Assembly: GCA_039194325.1 (NCBI GenBank)
Contig: JBCCWC010000013.1
Span: 32,001 to 96,000 of the forward strand
Length of the DNA stretch: 64,000 bases
Direction: 5' to 3'
Source of the DNA: Myxococcota bacterium
Lineage (GTDB): Bacteria; Myxococcota_A; Polyangia; Nannocystales; Nannocystaceae
In this document: positions 9,674-18,852 of the stretch, in pieces
Numbering within the stretch: position 1 is the first letter of the stretch
How the letters are laid out: every line of letters starts with the position of its first letter
Notes under the pieces: model-generated
Seen by the model: only the letters and a program-made list of their open reading frames with translations
The model's database searches: none
Told to the model about the DNA's origin: nothing
Position numbers and translations under genes: made by a program

Positions 9674-11974
9674 ATGAATGCAATCATAGAAACCGATCCG
9701 GTAGATTCCGTGCCTGGCTGGGAGGTCGAGCTCGCGCCGTTCCTCGAGGAGCTCGTCATCGTCTCTACGGAGGAAGCACGACTTGGCCAGCGAGTGATCC
9801 GCGCTTCCGATCCGGTCGTGATGATTCCAGACTCGTGGAAGCAATCCCCCCCGCTCGTTCATCGCATCACCTATCTCGTGTACGAGCGGGCCTACGCCAG
9901 TCGCTTCTCCTCCGAGCCGACACCACCACCGGCCATGCTCGCCGATCTCGTGGGTCCGCTGCTCGCAGCCAGCGAGCACCCGGTGCGGTGGAGCTTGGGC
10001 TGGAAGGCCGTCAGCAGCAATCAACAGGGCAAGGTGGTCGTTCAGCGGGGTGAGCAGGTCCGCGAGGTCTCGCCCCACGAGGTCGTCGTGGTCCCGGGAG
10101 CGACCGGTGAGGTTCACGTCCCCGCAGAGGTCAATTCGCTGGCGATCCAGCCCGGCTTCTGGCACGTCTTTGGCGACGCCAACCGCGGGCGATCGGTCGA
10201 TGGATTGTGTTTTCGGCTGTACTTCAACACTCGGGCCGAGCGAGCGCCTGCGCTGATCAACGCGCTCGCCACCGCGCTCAACCGGGCGAAGCTGCCATTT
10301 ACCCTCAAGACACAGACCTCGAGCGCGGGCTACCGGCGCCGTGACAGCACGGTTCTGTTCGTGTCGATCGCGCTGCGCGATCTGATCCTGGCCGCGGTCG
10401 CTCCGGTGATCGAGGCTCACCGCGACGCCCTCGACGACGACGTTCCGCTGTTCTCGCGGAAGATCGCACCCGGTGTGGGCGTTGCCGAGGATCCGGGGCG
10501 CAACGAGAGCTTCGGCATGAACCGCTCGTATCTGGTCGCGGTGGGGATCTGGAACGCGTTCGCGGCCGGGGTTCAAGACGTCAAGGGACGCCTCGACTCG
10601 ATCCGGACCGTGCTGCGCGAGGCGGGGCTCGATCCGATCGCTCCGGTCAATGAAGCCGGATCCAGCTATCGGTACGACCTGCCACCGGCTCGCGAGTTGG
10701 TCCGCCCGGTGGCGCGTGGGCGAGTCACCGACGATCTGGTTCAAGGGGCGTACGAGCTCGGGCTTCAGGTCGCCGTGGGGGCGCTCTGGGACGATGACCG
10801 CTGCACGTGGCTTCGGGACACGATGGAGCCGGTGAACGAGACGTTTGTGCCGGTGACGCGCGCGGCCGGGCCCGATCTCTACTCGGGCACGACCGGGGTT
10901 GCGCTGTTCATGGCCTGCCTGCACGAGCAGATCGCAGAGCCGGTGTTCGAAAAGACAGCACGCGGCGCGATCCGCTACGCGCTCGCTCGCCTCGAACAGA
11001 ACCCACAGATCCTCAATCAAGGGTTCTACTCGGGTCGCACGGGGCTGGCTTGGGCCCTGACTCATGTGGGCCGTCGTCTGCGCGACCCCTCCATGCGGAC
11101 GCAGGCCGAGCAAGTGCTGCGCGAGATCATCGACGCCGAGCCAGACGACGCGACCGACATCTTGAACGGAGCGGCCGGGACGATCCAGGGCCTGCTCGCC
11201 CTCGCATCCGAATTCCCGGAGCTGGACCTGGAAGGGGCGGCGGTGCGGCGAGCCGACTGGCTCATCGAGCAAGCGGTGCCCATGGGTAACGCGCTGGCCT
11301 GGAAGACGATCGACGAGAACTTGACCTCTGCGCCCCTGTGCGGCCTGTCCCACGGTACGGCAGGGATCGCACTGGCGCTCGCGGAGGTCTTTGCACGAAC
11401 GAAGATCGACAAGTATCGCGCAGCCGCGCTCAGGGGGTTTGCCTATGAGCGGATGCACTTCGACGCTCACCAGGCCAATTGGCCGGATCTGCGGAACCTC
11501 TCCGGGCAGCCGCCGCCGCAGGCCGCGGCCTCCCCCGGGTCCGCGCCGTCGCCGACCTATATGAACGCCTGGTGCCATGGGGCGGCAGGGGGGGCCCTCG
11601 CCCGCCTCCGGGCCATGCGGTTGCTCGATGACCCGACGCTCATGGCCGAGGCCAGGTCGGCGGCCAACACCGCCGCCTCCGGTCTGGTCCGTGGTGACCC
11701 GGACATGACCTACTGCCACGGAAAAACGGGCCTCTGTGAGGTTCTGGTCGCGGCCGCGGAGGCGCTCTTCGAGCCGTGGCGTCGCGACATCGCGATCGCG
11801 TTCATGCGACGCGCGGTGGCCATACACACCCACACCGACCAGCCATGGGGCTGTGGTGTTCCCAATGGAGGGGTGACTCCGGACCTGATGCTCGGGCTGT
11901 CGGGAATTGGGCTGCACCTGCTGAGGCTCGATGATGCTTCCTCTGCTCCGAATGCCCTGGTGATCACCGGCTAG
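9674..11974 (+). CDS. HopA1-type phospho-Ser/Thr lyase (LanY-like) fused to a LanC lanthionine cyclase
   Basis: N-half: RLYFN..PFTLK..YRRRDSTVLF..GVAEDP..SFGMNR. C-half: DLYSGTTG, GFYSGRTG, DILNGAAG, GLSHGTAG, AWCHG, YCHG, DLMLGLSG. GAGG RBS before ATG 9674. Confidence 0.88.
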   Translation: MNAIIETDPVDSVPGWEVELAPFLEELVIVSTEEARLGQRVIRASDPVVMIPDSWKQSPPLVHRITYLVYERAYASRFSSEPTPPPAMLADLVGPLLAASEHPVRWSLGWKAVSSNQQGKVVVQRGEQVREVSPHEVVVVPGATGEVHVPAEVNSLAIQPGFWHVFGDANRGRSVDGLCFRLYFNTRAERAPALINALATALNRAKLPFTLKTQTSSAGYRRRDSTVLFVSIALRDLILAAVAPVIEAHRDALDDDVPLFSRKIAPGVGVAEDPGRNESFGMNRSYLVAVGIWNAFAAGVQDVKGRLDSIRTVLREAGLDPIAPVNEAGSSYRYDLPPARELVRPVARGRVTDDLVQGAYELGLQVAVGALWDDDRCTWLRDTMEPVNETFVPVTRAAGPDLYSGTTGVALFMACLHEQIAEPVFEKTARGAIRYALARLEQNPQILNQGFYSGRTGLAWALTHVGRRLRDPSMRTQAEQVLREIIDAEPDDATDILNGAAGTIQGLLALASEFPELDLEGAAVRRADWLIEQAVPMGNALAWKTIDENLTSAPLCGLSHGTAGIALALAEVFARTKIDKYRAAALRGFAYERMHFDAHQANWPDLRNLSGQPPPQAAASPGSAPSPTYMNAWCHGAAGGALARLRAMRLLDDPTLMAEARSAANTAASGLVRGDPDMTYCHGKTGLCEVLVAAAEALFEPWRRDIAIAFMRRAVAIHTHTDQPWGCGVPNGGVTPDLMLGLSGIGLHLLRLDDASSAPNALVITG

Positions 11975-12016
11975 CGCTTCGGGTCCTCGCCTCTCGTCAC
12001 ATGTACAGGAGTTTGC

Positions 12017-13612
12017 ATGGCTAAAGTCATCGTCTCTCATCGTCTCGCCGGCCGTCGCACGACCAAGGCAGCCTCTCACGTCCAGCGCAAGGTCAAATAT
12101 CTTCACAACCTCTCGACCGTATCGGAGCAGACCGCCCGCAAGGCCCCGGAGGCCGACGAGGTCACCCGGATCTGCGACCGCAACGTCGCGACGATCGACG
12201 AAGAACAGCTCGGAGACAAGCGGTCGCTCTTTGCGGACGACGATGACCTCATCGTCGAGGAAGACGTAGAGCTCGAGCATCCCCGCTTGGGACGCGAGTT
12301 CCTCGCTCGCCTGCTCGTGGACGAGATCTCTTCGCCGGAGGAGTCAGATTCCGATATGGTCTCGTTCTCGCCCGAGACCCCCAAGAAGCCGCCCAAGCAC
12401 CTCGAGCCCCGCAAAAAGGCCGGGACGTTCCACGTTCGCATCACCGGCGCGGACGGGGGGCAGGTCCGCGGCGAGGCCAGCTTCACGATCATCCGGGACC
12501 AGAAGCCCAAGACCCTGGTCTCCCCGATCGACGCTGATGGCTCCACTGCGATCGCGCTGCAGGCCGGCGACTCCTCGGTGCTCGCGATACAGATCAAGCC
12601 GGCCGGCGGCTACTTCAAGTCCGTCGCCCGAACGCCGAAAGAGGGACAGGCGGTCGAGCTGCCGCCGCTGTCGATGAAGGGCCCCCTGGCGTGGTGGCAC
12701 GAAGCGATGGGGATCACTCAGCTCGACATGACGCTCGGCGCGGGGATCCGAGTCGGGGTCATCGACATGGGCATCGGCCCGAACGCCGCACTCACGCACG
12801 TTGTCTCCCTGGGCTCGCTGCTCAGCGGCCGCCTCGACCCACACGGTGGGGCGGATGTCAGCGGTCACGGCTCGATGGTGACGGGCCTCATCGGGGCCCG
12901 CCCGACGCTCACGGGAGGCTACGTGGGGGCCGCGCCCGCGGCCCAGGTGTTCTCTATTCGCGTCTATCCCAGCGAGGACGGGTCGGCCATGCTCAGCGAC
13001 ATCGCCCAGGCGATCGAGCTGCTCTCCGAGCGCTATGCCTGCGATCTCATCAACATGAGCCTGGCGACACCGGGGTTCTCGGCGCTGCTCGAGGACGCCA
13101 TCGTGGATGCGTTCGAGGGGGGAACGCTTTGTGTGGTCTCGACCGGAAACTACAAGGGCCCGGTGCGTCAGCCGGCCGCGCTCGACCAGACGGTCGCGGT
13201 CGGTGCGGTGGGCAAACAGGGCTGGGCGCCAGCCGGGACCGAGGCCGAGATCTTCAGCGAGATCACCGACTCCACGCTGGTCTCTCCGAAGGGCTTGTTC
13301 TTCGGGGAGAAGTTCAGCGATCGGGGAGAACAGGTCACCTGTGCGGCCCCCGGGATCGGGATCATCTCTACGCTTCCGAGTCCCGAGGCAGGCGAGATCT
13401 ACGGGGACGACACGGGGACATCACTCGCGTGTCCCCTGGTGACCGGCCTGCTCGCAGCCAAGCTCTCTCGCGATGCCGCCTACCTGCGTATGCCTCGCGG
13501 GGTAGCCAAGGTTCAACGGGCGCTCCTACAGCTGCAATCAAGTGCCAATAAGCTGGCTTACCCGATGACCAACACGGGGATCGGCATACCTCGTTTGACC
13601 ACGACACGCTGA
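12017..13612 (+). CDS. S8 subtilisin-like serine protease (putative RiPP maturation protease)
   Basis: Triad VGVIDMG / GHGSMVTGLIGA / GTSLACPLVTG, oxyanion STGN; AGGAG RBS; no hydrophobic signal peptide visible. Confidence 0.9.
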   Translation: MAKVIVSHRLAGRRTTKAASHVQRKVKYLHNLSTVSEQTARKAPEADEVTRICDRNVATIDEEQLGDKRSLFADDDDLIVEEDVELEHPRLGREFLARLLVDEISSPEESDSDMVSFSPETPKKPPKHLEPRKKAGTFHVRITGADGGQVRGEASFTIIRDQKPKTLVSPIDADGSTAIALQAGDSSVLAIQIKPAGGYFKSVARTPKEGQAVELPPLSMKGPLAWWHEAMGITQLDMTLGAGIRVGVIDMGIGPNAALTHVVSLGSLLSGRLDPHGGADVSGHGSMVTGLIGARPTLTGGYVGAAPAAQVFSIRVYPSEDGSAMLSDIAQAIELLSERYACDLINMSLATPGFSALLEDAIVDAFEGGTLCVVSTGNYKGPVRQPAALDQTVAVGAVGKQGWAPAGTEAEIFSEITDSTLVSPKGLFFGEKFSDRGEQVTCAAPGIGIISTLPSPEAGEIYGDDTGTSLACPLVTGLLAAKLSRDAAYLRMPRGVAKVQRALLQLQSSANKLAYPMTNTGIGIPRLTTTR

Positions 13613-13660
13613 TGTTCAGCGTTCACCCGTAGAACCACTCACGAACAGAGAGAACAAGAC

Positions 13661-14308
13661 ATGTACCCATACCCGTACCCAGCACCAACAATGGTGCCTT
13701 TGTGCCCCGCGTTTACACAGATGATGTTTTCGAACCCCCCAGTTTGCGCCCCGGCTCAGGTCCAGGCGGCTCCGGGATTTCAGGCCCAGGCGGCTCCGGG
13801 AGCTCAGGCCCAGGGCATCACGCCTACGCTCGTGATCGCAGGTACCGCGTTGACGGGGCTGTTGTCGAATCCACCGCTCTGCGCGGGGGCTGCCCCCCAG
13901 GCGGCAGCGCTCCCCCAGGCGGCTCCGGGAGCTCAGGCCCAGGGCATCACGCCTACGCTCGTGATCGCAGGCACCGCGTTGACGGGGCTGTTGTCGAATC
14001 CACCGCTCTGCGCGGGGGCTGCCCCCCAAGCGGCAGCGCTCCCCCAGGCGGCGCCCGTCGCTCAAGCTCAGTGCAGCATTCCCACGTGGATCGGTTGCAC
14101 GATCTCTGACTGCACGATCGCAGGCTGCACCATCTTCTTCTGCGGGGCTCAGGCCCAGGCGGCGCCCGTACCACTTGCTCAGAATCCGGTGGGCCAGGCC
14201 CAGGCCCAGACGGTGACGCCACTGACGCTGGGGACACTCGTGGTTACCCAGGTTCCCCCGTATACGACGTACTGCACTAAGGCGACCGGCCTCCCGGTTG
14301 TTTGCTGA
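13661..14308 (+). CDS. Putative multi-core lanthipeptide precursor (215 aa, five Thr/Ser/Cys-rich cores, AQAQ spacers)
   Basis: Cores end in SNPPVC, SNPPLC (x2), TIFFC and LPVVC; Ala/Gln/Pro spacers; immediately downstream of the S8 gene. Confidence 0.8.
   Translation: MYPYPYPAPTMVPLCPAFTQMMFSNPPVCAPAQVQAAPGFQAQAAPGAQAQGITPTLVIAGTALTGLLSNPPLCAGAAPQAAALPQAAPGAQAQGITPTLVIAGTALTGLLSNPPLCAGAAPQAAALPQAAPVAQAQCSIPTWIGCTISDCTIAGCTIFFCGAQAQAAPVPLAQNPVGQAQAQTVTPLTLGTLVVTQVPPYTTYCTKATGLPVVC
13787..14056 (+). repeat. 129-bp tandem duplication (43-aa cassette) inside the precursor
   Basis: Units start at 13787 and 13916; the differences I noticed are synonymous (ggt/ggc, cag/caa). Confidence 0.92.
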
Positions 14309-14325
14309 CAATCAACAATCATCCT

Positions 14326-14358
14326 GGGCGGCGGGTTCCTTCGGGGAGCCCGTCGCCC
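14326..14358 (+). terminator. GC-rich stem-loop after the precursor gene (terminator or mRNA stabiliser)
   Basis: GGGCGGCGGGTTCC-TTCGG-GGAGCCCGTCGCCC: 14-bp stem with two G-U pairs; no U-tract. Confidence 0.55.
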
Positions 14359-14657
14359 ACCCCCACTGGACCTCGCTCGCCGCGGGCCTGCGACGACCCA
14401 CACCGGTCGCGGGACTGGCGCAGGCCCTCACTCCGAGCCTCGACGCCTGGCGCGCGACCATGCCTGAGCGCCGACTTCCCACGGCGCAATTTCGCTCATC
14501 GGCCTTTTCGTGAAGGATCCTCGACGAACCGACAGTAACTCCCCAGAGCGCGCCATGACGCCTTTTTACGGGCGTTTTCGCCAGGTGGCCGATGTAGGTG
14601 CGCGTGGTAAGGTTTCGACCCAGGGGGAGCTGCGGCGGTCACGCCGAGGAGAGATCT

Positions 14658-16391
14658 ATGGGGAGGATTGCTCGCGATGACGAGTGGCGATGGGGCTGGG
14701 CGCTGACGGCCCTGCTGGTAGCCACCACGGGCTGCTACGACGGCCCCGAGGGCCGAGAGCCTGGAGCCCTCGACGGAAGCGGATCGGACTCGTCCGATCC
14801 GGGGGACGACAGCGCCGACGATGGCTCCACCGAAGAGCCCCTGGTGGTCGACCCGGCCCCGGCCGTGCTGCCGCGGCTGACCGCCGCGCAGTACCGCAAC
14901 AGCGTGGAGCAGCTGCTCGGACCCGGGCTGCCCGCGGTCTCGCTCGAGCCCGACACCAATCCCTATCTATTCTTCAACATCGGGGCCGCCACCACCACGC
15001 TCTCGGAGCTGGGCACCCAGCAGTACGAGGAAGCGGCGGACGAGATCACCCGGCTTCTCTTCGACGACCCCGACCGGCGCCTGACCCTCACCGGCTGTGA
15101 GCCGGTCGCCCCCGGCGATCAGTGCGTACAGGGCTTCTTGGAGGACTTTGGCCGTCGCGCCTACCGGCGCCCGCTGGCGTCCGATGAGCTGGCCCGCTGG
15201 CAGCAGATCACCGTCGACCTGGCCGCGGGCGACGCCTGGGAGGGCTTGCGGCTGGCGGTGGCCGGCATGCTGCAATCACCCAACTTCCTCTATCGGGTGG
15301 AGCTAGGCGAGCCCGACCCCGACGACCCCGACACGCTGCGCTACACGGGCTTCGAGATGGCCAGCCGGCTGTCGTTCTTGCTGTGGAACGTCACCCCCGA
15401 CGACGACTTGCTCGACGCGGCCCAGGCCGGTGAGCTGCTCGACCCCGACAGCCTGCGGGAGCACGCCGAGCGGATGCTCGCCGATCCGCGGGCCAGCTCG
15501 GCGGTGCAGGAGTTCTTCGCGCAGTACTTCGACCTGGGGCGCCTCAAGGGAGTGACCCGCGACATCGAGGACTACCCGCTGTTCGCCGACACGCTGCCGC
15601 AGTCCATGCGCACCGAGGTGCAGCTATTGGTCGACGACTTCGTGTTCCGCCGCGACGCCGACATCCGCGGGATCTTCGGCACGCGCAACACCTTCGTCAA
15701 CGAGGAGCTGGCGGCCCTCTACGGGGTGGAGGCTCCCGGCGCCTCGCCGATCTCCTTCGTACCGGTGGAGCTGCCCGCCGACGGGCCGCGGGCGGGGCTC
15801 TTGACCCTGGGCGCCTTCCTCACCATGAACGCCCACGAGTCCGAGCCTTCGCCCACCCTGCGCGGCAAGTACCTGCGCGAGCGGGTGCTGTGCCAGTCTG
15901 TCCCCGCGCCGCCGGACGACGTGGACACCAACATCCCCGAGGACGGGGGCGAGGCCAAGACCCTGCGCGAGCGCCTCGAGCAGCACATGTCCGATCCGGT
16001 GTGCGCGGCCTGTCACAAATTCATCGATCCACCCGGGTTCCTGTTCGAGAACTTCGACTCGATCGGGGCCTACCGCGACGTCGAGCCGAGCGGCCATCCG
16101 ATCGACGCCAGCGGTGACCTCGACGGCATACCGCTGGCCAACGCCACCGAGCTGGGGCCGTTGCTCGTCGAGGATCCCCAGGTCGGCCGGTGCGTGGTCA
16201 CCCAGCTGTTCCGGCACGCCCAGGGTCGCCTCGAGCTGGAACGAGAGCACGACATCATCACCGATCTCGACCAGCGCTTTGCCGACGAGGACTATCGCTT
16301 CAAGGAGCTGCTGATGCTCCTGGTCACCCACGAGGGCTTCCGAACCCTGGCTCCACAAGAGCAGACCGAACCGACGGAGGAGGGAGAATGA
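14658..16391 (+). CDS. DUF1592/DUF1588-family lipoprotein with CxxCH motif
   Basis: TTGC lipobox, RLTAAQYRNSV, QSPNFLYRVE, MASRLSFLLW..PD, SPTLRG, CAACH..IDPPGF. Confidence 0.9.
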   Translation: MGRIARDDEWRWGWALTALLVATTGCYDGPEGREPGALDGSGSDSSDPGDDSADDGSTEEPLVVDPAPAVLPRLTAAQYRNSVEQLLGPGLPAVSLEPDTNPYLFFNIGAATTTLSELGTQQYEEAADEITRLLFDDPDRRLTLTGCEPVAPGDQCVQGFLEDFGRRAYRRPLASDELARWQQITVDLAAGDAWEGLRLAVAGMLQSPNFLYRVELGEPDPDDPDTLRYTGFEMASRLSFLLWNVTPDDDLLDAAQAGELLDPDSLREHAERMLADPRASSAVQEFFAQYFDLGRLKGVTRDIEDYPLFADTLPQSMRTEVQLLVDDFVFRRDADIRGIFGTRNTFVNEELAALYGVEAPGASPISFVPVELPADGPRAGLLTLGAFLTMNAHESEPSPTLRGKYLRERVLCQSVPAPPDDVDTNIPEDGGEAKTLRERLEQHMSDPVCAACHKFIDPPGFLFENFDSIGAYRDVEPSGHPIDASGDLDGIPLANATELGPLLVEDPQVGRCVVTQLFRHAQGRLELEREHDIITDLDQRFADEDYRFKELLMLLVTHEGFRTLAPQEQTEPTEEGE

Positions 16392-17755
16392 GCCGCACGC
16401 ACCTGTCCCGACGCACGCTGCTGCGGGGGGTCGCCGGAGGCGCGACCGTCTCGCTGGCTCTGCCCCCGCTCGAGGCCATGCTGGGCACCCACGGCGCCCG
16501 GGCTGAGAGCGCCGACGATCAGCCGATCTTCGGGATCTTTTTTTGGGCCAACGGCACCCCGTGGCACGCCGGTCACGGCGCCCAGCAGGGCGAGGGAGGC
16601 CACCCCGATCTGTGGACCCCAGCCACCACCGGGGCCGGATATGCACCCAGCGAGCTGCTGATGCCGCTGGCCGCCCACGAGGTCAGCGTGGTCACCGGCC
16701 TCGAGCCCAAGACCGAGATCCCGCCTCAGCCCCCCGGCCAGGCCGACGGCCACATGCGCGGGTTCATGGTGGCGCTGACCTCCGACCGGATCCGCCCCGA
16801 GGGCTTCGATCACCCCTCGCACACGCTGACCGCCCTGCGCCCCAGCCTCGATCAATACGTCGCCAAGCACGAGCAGTTCTACGGCAGCGAGGTGCCGCGC
16901 TTCCGCTCGCTGGTGCTCGGTGTGTCCGAGGCCCGCTTTCACGACTACGGGCACTGGAACGCGATCTCCTACAACGGGCCCGACTCGCTCAACCTCCCGG
17001 TCAGCAACCCCGCGCAGCTCTACGACCTGCTGTTCGACGTGCCGGCCGACACCACGCAGCTGGAGAACCGGGCCCAGCTACTCGACGCGGTGCTAGAAGA
17101 CGCCAACTCGCTGCGCGCGCGCCTGGGCGCCGCCGACAAGATCCGGCTCGACGAGCACCTTGGCCACCTCGACGAGATCCAGCGGCGCCTCGAGCTTTCG
17201 ATCGCCGCCTGCGAGGACCCGGGGGCCCCCGGCGCCTCGGAGGATCTGCTCGCCAAGACCGAGCTGATGGCCCAGCTGCTCGCGCGGGGCCTGTCGTGCG
17301 GCCTGACCCGTGTGTTCAGCTTCATGCTGACCTCGCCGGCCACCACCCACGTGTTCTCCAACCTCGGCGTGCCCGACGGCATGCACAAGACCTGCCACGA
17401 CGGGTTCTGGAACCGGATCCGCGACATCACCGAGTACCACATGCAGTGCTTCGCCCGGTTCCTCGACGTGATGGCGGAGACGGTAGATCCCACCGGGCTG
17501 TCCCTGCTCGACCGCATGCTGTGCTTTGGCACCTCCGAGTACGGCGAGGGCTGGCAGCACGGCAACCGGGAGCACCCGATCCTCTTCGCCGGCCGGGCCT
17601 GCGGAGCGATCAACGCGGGCGTGCACCAGCGGGTGCCCCAGGGCAACGTCAGCACGGCGCACGTGACCCTGCTGCGCGCGCTGGGGATCGAGACCCCAAG
17701 CTACGGGTTCAACGGCGGTGAGACGAGCGACGATCTCTCCGAGATCCTCGCGTAG
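16388..17755 (+). CDS. DUF1552 family protein
   Basis: LSRRTLLRG Tat-like N-terminus, LPPLEAM, DKIRLDEHL, CGLTRV; ATGA overlap with the DUF1592 gene. Confidence 0.9.
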   Translation: MSRTHLSRRTLLRGVAGGATVSLALPPLEAMLGTHGARAESADDQPIFGIFFWANGTPWHAGHGAQQGEGGHPDLWTPATTGAGYAPSELLMPLAAHEVSVVTGLEPKTEIPPQPPGQADGHMRGFMVALTSDRIRPEGFDHPSHTLTALRPSLDQYVAKHEQFYGSEVPRFRSLVLGVSEARFHDYGHWNAISYNGPDSLNLPVSNPAQLYDLLFDVPADTTQLENRAQLLDAVLEDANSLRARLGAADKIRLDEHLGHLDEIQRRLELSIAACEDPGAPGASEDLLAKTELMAQLLARGLSCGLTRVFSFMLTSPATTHVFSNLGVPDGMHKTCHDGFWNRIRDITEYHMQCFARFLDVMAETVDPTGLSLLDRMLCFGTSEYGEGWQHGNREHPILFAGRACGAINAGVHQRVPQGNVSTAHVTLLRALGIETPSYGFNGGETSDDLSEILA

Positions 17756-18797
17756 GCACGCGCCCGCACCAGCGGGCCGGCTACGAGGTCGCGCCCTCGG
17801 GCTCGCTGCGGGTGCGCTGGGGTTGGGCCTAGGCCTGAGCTTGGGCCTGGGCTTGGGCCTGACCGGCTGCGGCAACGATGGCTCGGGGGGCGACGGCAAC
17901 GACGACAGCGCCGGACTAGGCCCCACCGGCGGTAACCCGAGCAGCGACGAGGGCAGCGGCAGCGGCGGCAGCGGGACCGGCCCCGACGGGGACGAGACCA
18001 GCGAGCCACCGCCGCCCGAGTGTGCCGCGGACGAAGTCGCCTGTGGCAGCTTGTGCACCGATCTACAGACCGACCCCGGCAACTGTGGGCAGTGCGGCCG
18101 CAGCTGCGTGATCCCCCAGGCCACCGCGGCCTGCATAGCGGGCGAGTGCGCGCTGGCGACCTGCGACCCCGGCTTCAGCGATTGCGACGGCCAGATCGCC
18201 TCGGGCTGCGAGACTCCCCTCGACTGCCAGGAGGGCAGCACCTGCGAGACCAGCTGTGGCTCGATGGGCACGCTCGATTGCACCGACGCCTGTGCCTCCG
18301 CCGGCGATCCGATCTGCACGGCCCCGGCCGAGCTCTGCAACGTGATCGACGACGATTGCGACGGGGTCTGCGACCAGGGCCCGCTGCCCGGCTGCCGGGT
18401 GGGCGTGCACCGCTCCAACAGCCCCACCCTCGGGCACTACTACACCACCGATCTGGCCGAGGCGCAGAGCGGTGATCTCAACCTCGAGGCCCAGGACTAC
18501 TTCTACCTCTATGGCCCCGGCGTGGAGGGGCTACAGCCCTTCTTTCGCTGCATCAAGCCCAACGGCAAGCGCTGGATGACCACCTCGACCGATTGCGAGG
18601 GCACGGCCGCCCCCGAGCTGACGGTGGGCTTCATCTCGATGGACGAGCGCTGCGGCGCCACCCCGCTCTATCGCCTGCTCAACGCTGGACCCGACGCCCA
18701 CTTCTATACGACCAGCGCGGCCGAGCGAGACAACGCGATCAACAACATCGGGTTTGTCGACGAAGGGATCGCGGGATATATCTGGTCGGGGCCGTAG
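17718..18797 (+). CDS. Lipoprotein with Cys-rich repeats and a C-terminal DUF5648-like domain
   Basis: LTGC lipobox, DPGNCGQCGRSC, ELCNVIDDDCDGVCD, HFYTTSAAERD..EGIAGY; start uncertain. Confidence 0.7.
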   Translation: MRRATISPRSSRRHAPAPAGRLRGRALGLAAGALGLGLGLSLGLGLGLTGCGNDGSGGDGNDDSAGLGPTGGNPSSDEGSGSGGSGTGPDGDETSEPPPPECAADEVACGSLCTDLQTDPGNCGQCGRSCVIPQATAACIAGECALATCDPGFSDCDGQIASGCETPLDCQEGSTCETSCGSMGTLDCTDACASAGDPICTAPAELCNVIDDDCDGVCDQGPLPGCRVGVHRSNSPTLGHYYTTDLAEAQSGDLNLEAQDYFYLYGPGVEGLQPFFRCIKPNGKRWMTTSTDCEGTAAPELTVGFISMDERCGATPLYRLLNAGPDAHFYTTSAAERDNAINNIGFVDEGIAGYIWSGP

Positions 18798-18852
18798 CAC
18801 CAAGGCGGCCTCGTGCTTCTCGCCAGAAGTTCATGCCGGGCTGGACGCGGAT

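Noticed and set aside
9359..12280. 973-aa minus-strand ORF
   Set aside because: Antisense shadow of the kinase and HopA1-LanC genes; no recognisable motifs, as expected in high-GC DNA
13787..14056. Repeat considered as a CRISPR array or mobile element
   Set aside because: In-frame 129-bp coding duplication with no unique spacers and no cas or transposase genes
14298..14538. Short ORFs after the precursor as extra precursors
   Set aside because: They overlap the stop codon and hairpin, lack core or spacer motifs and have no clear RBS
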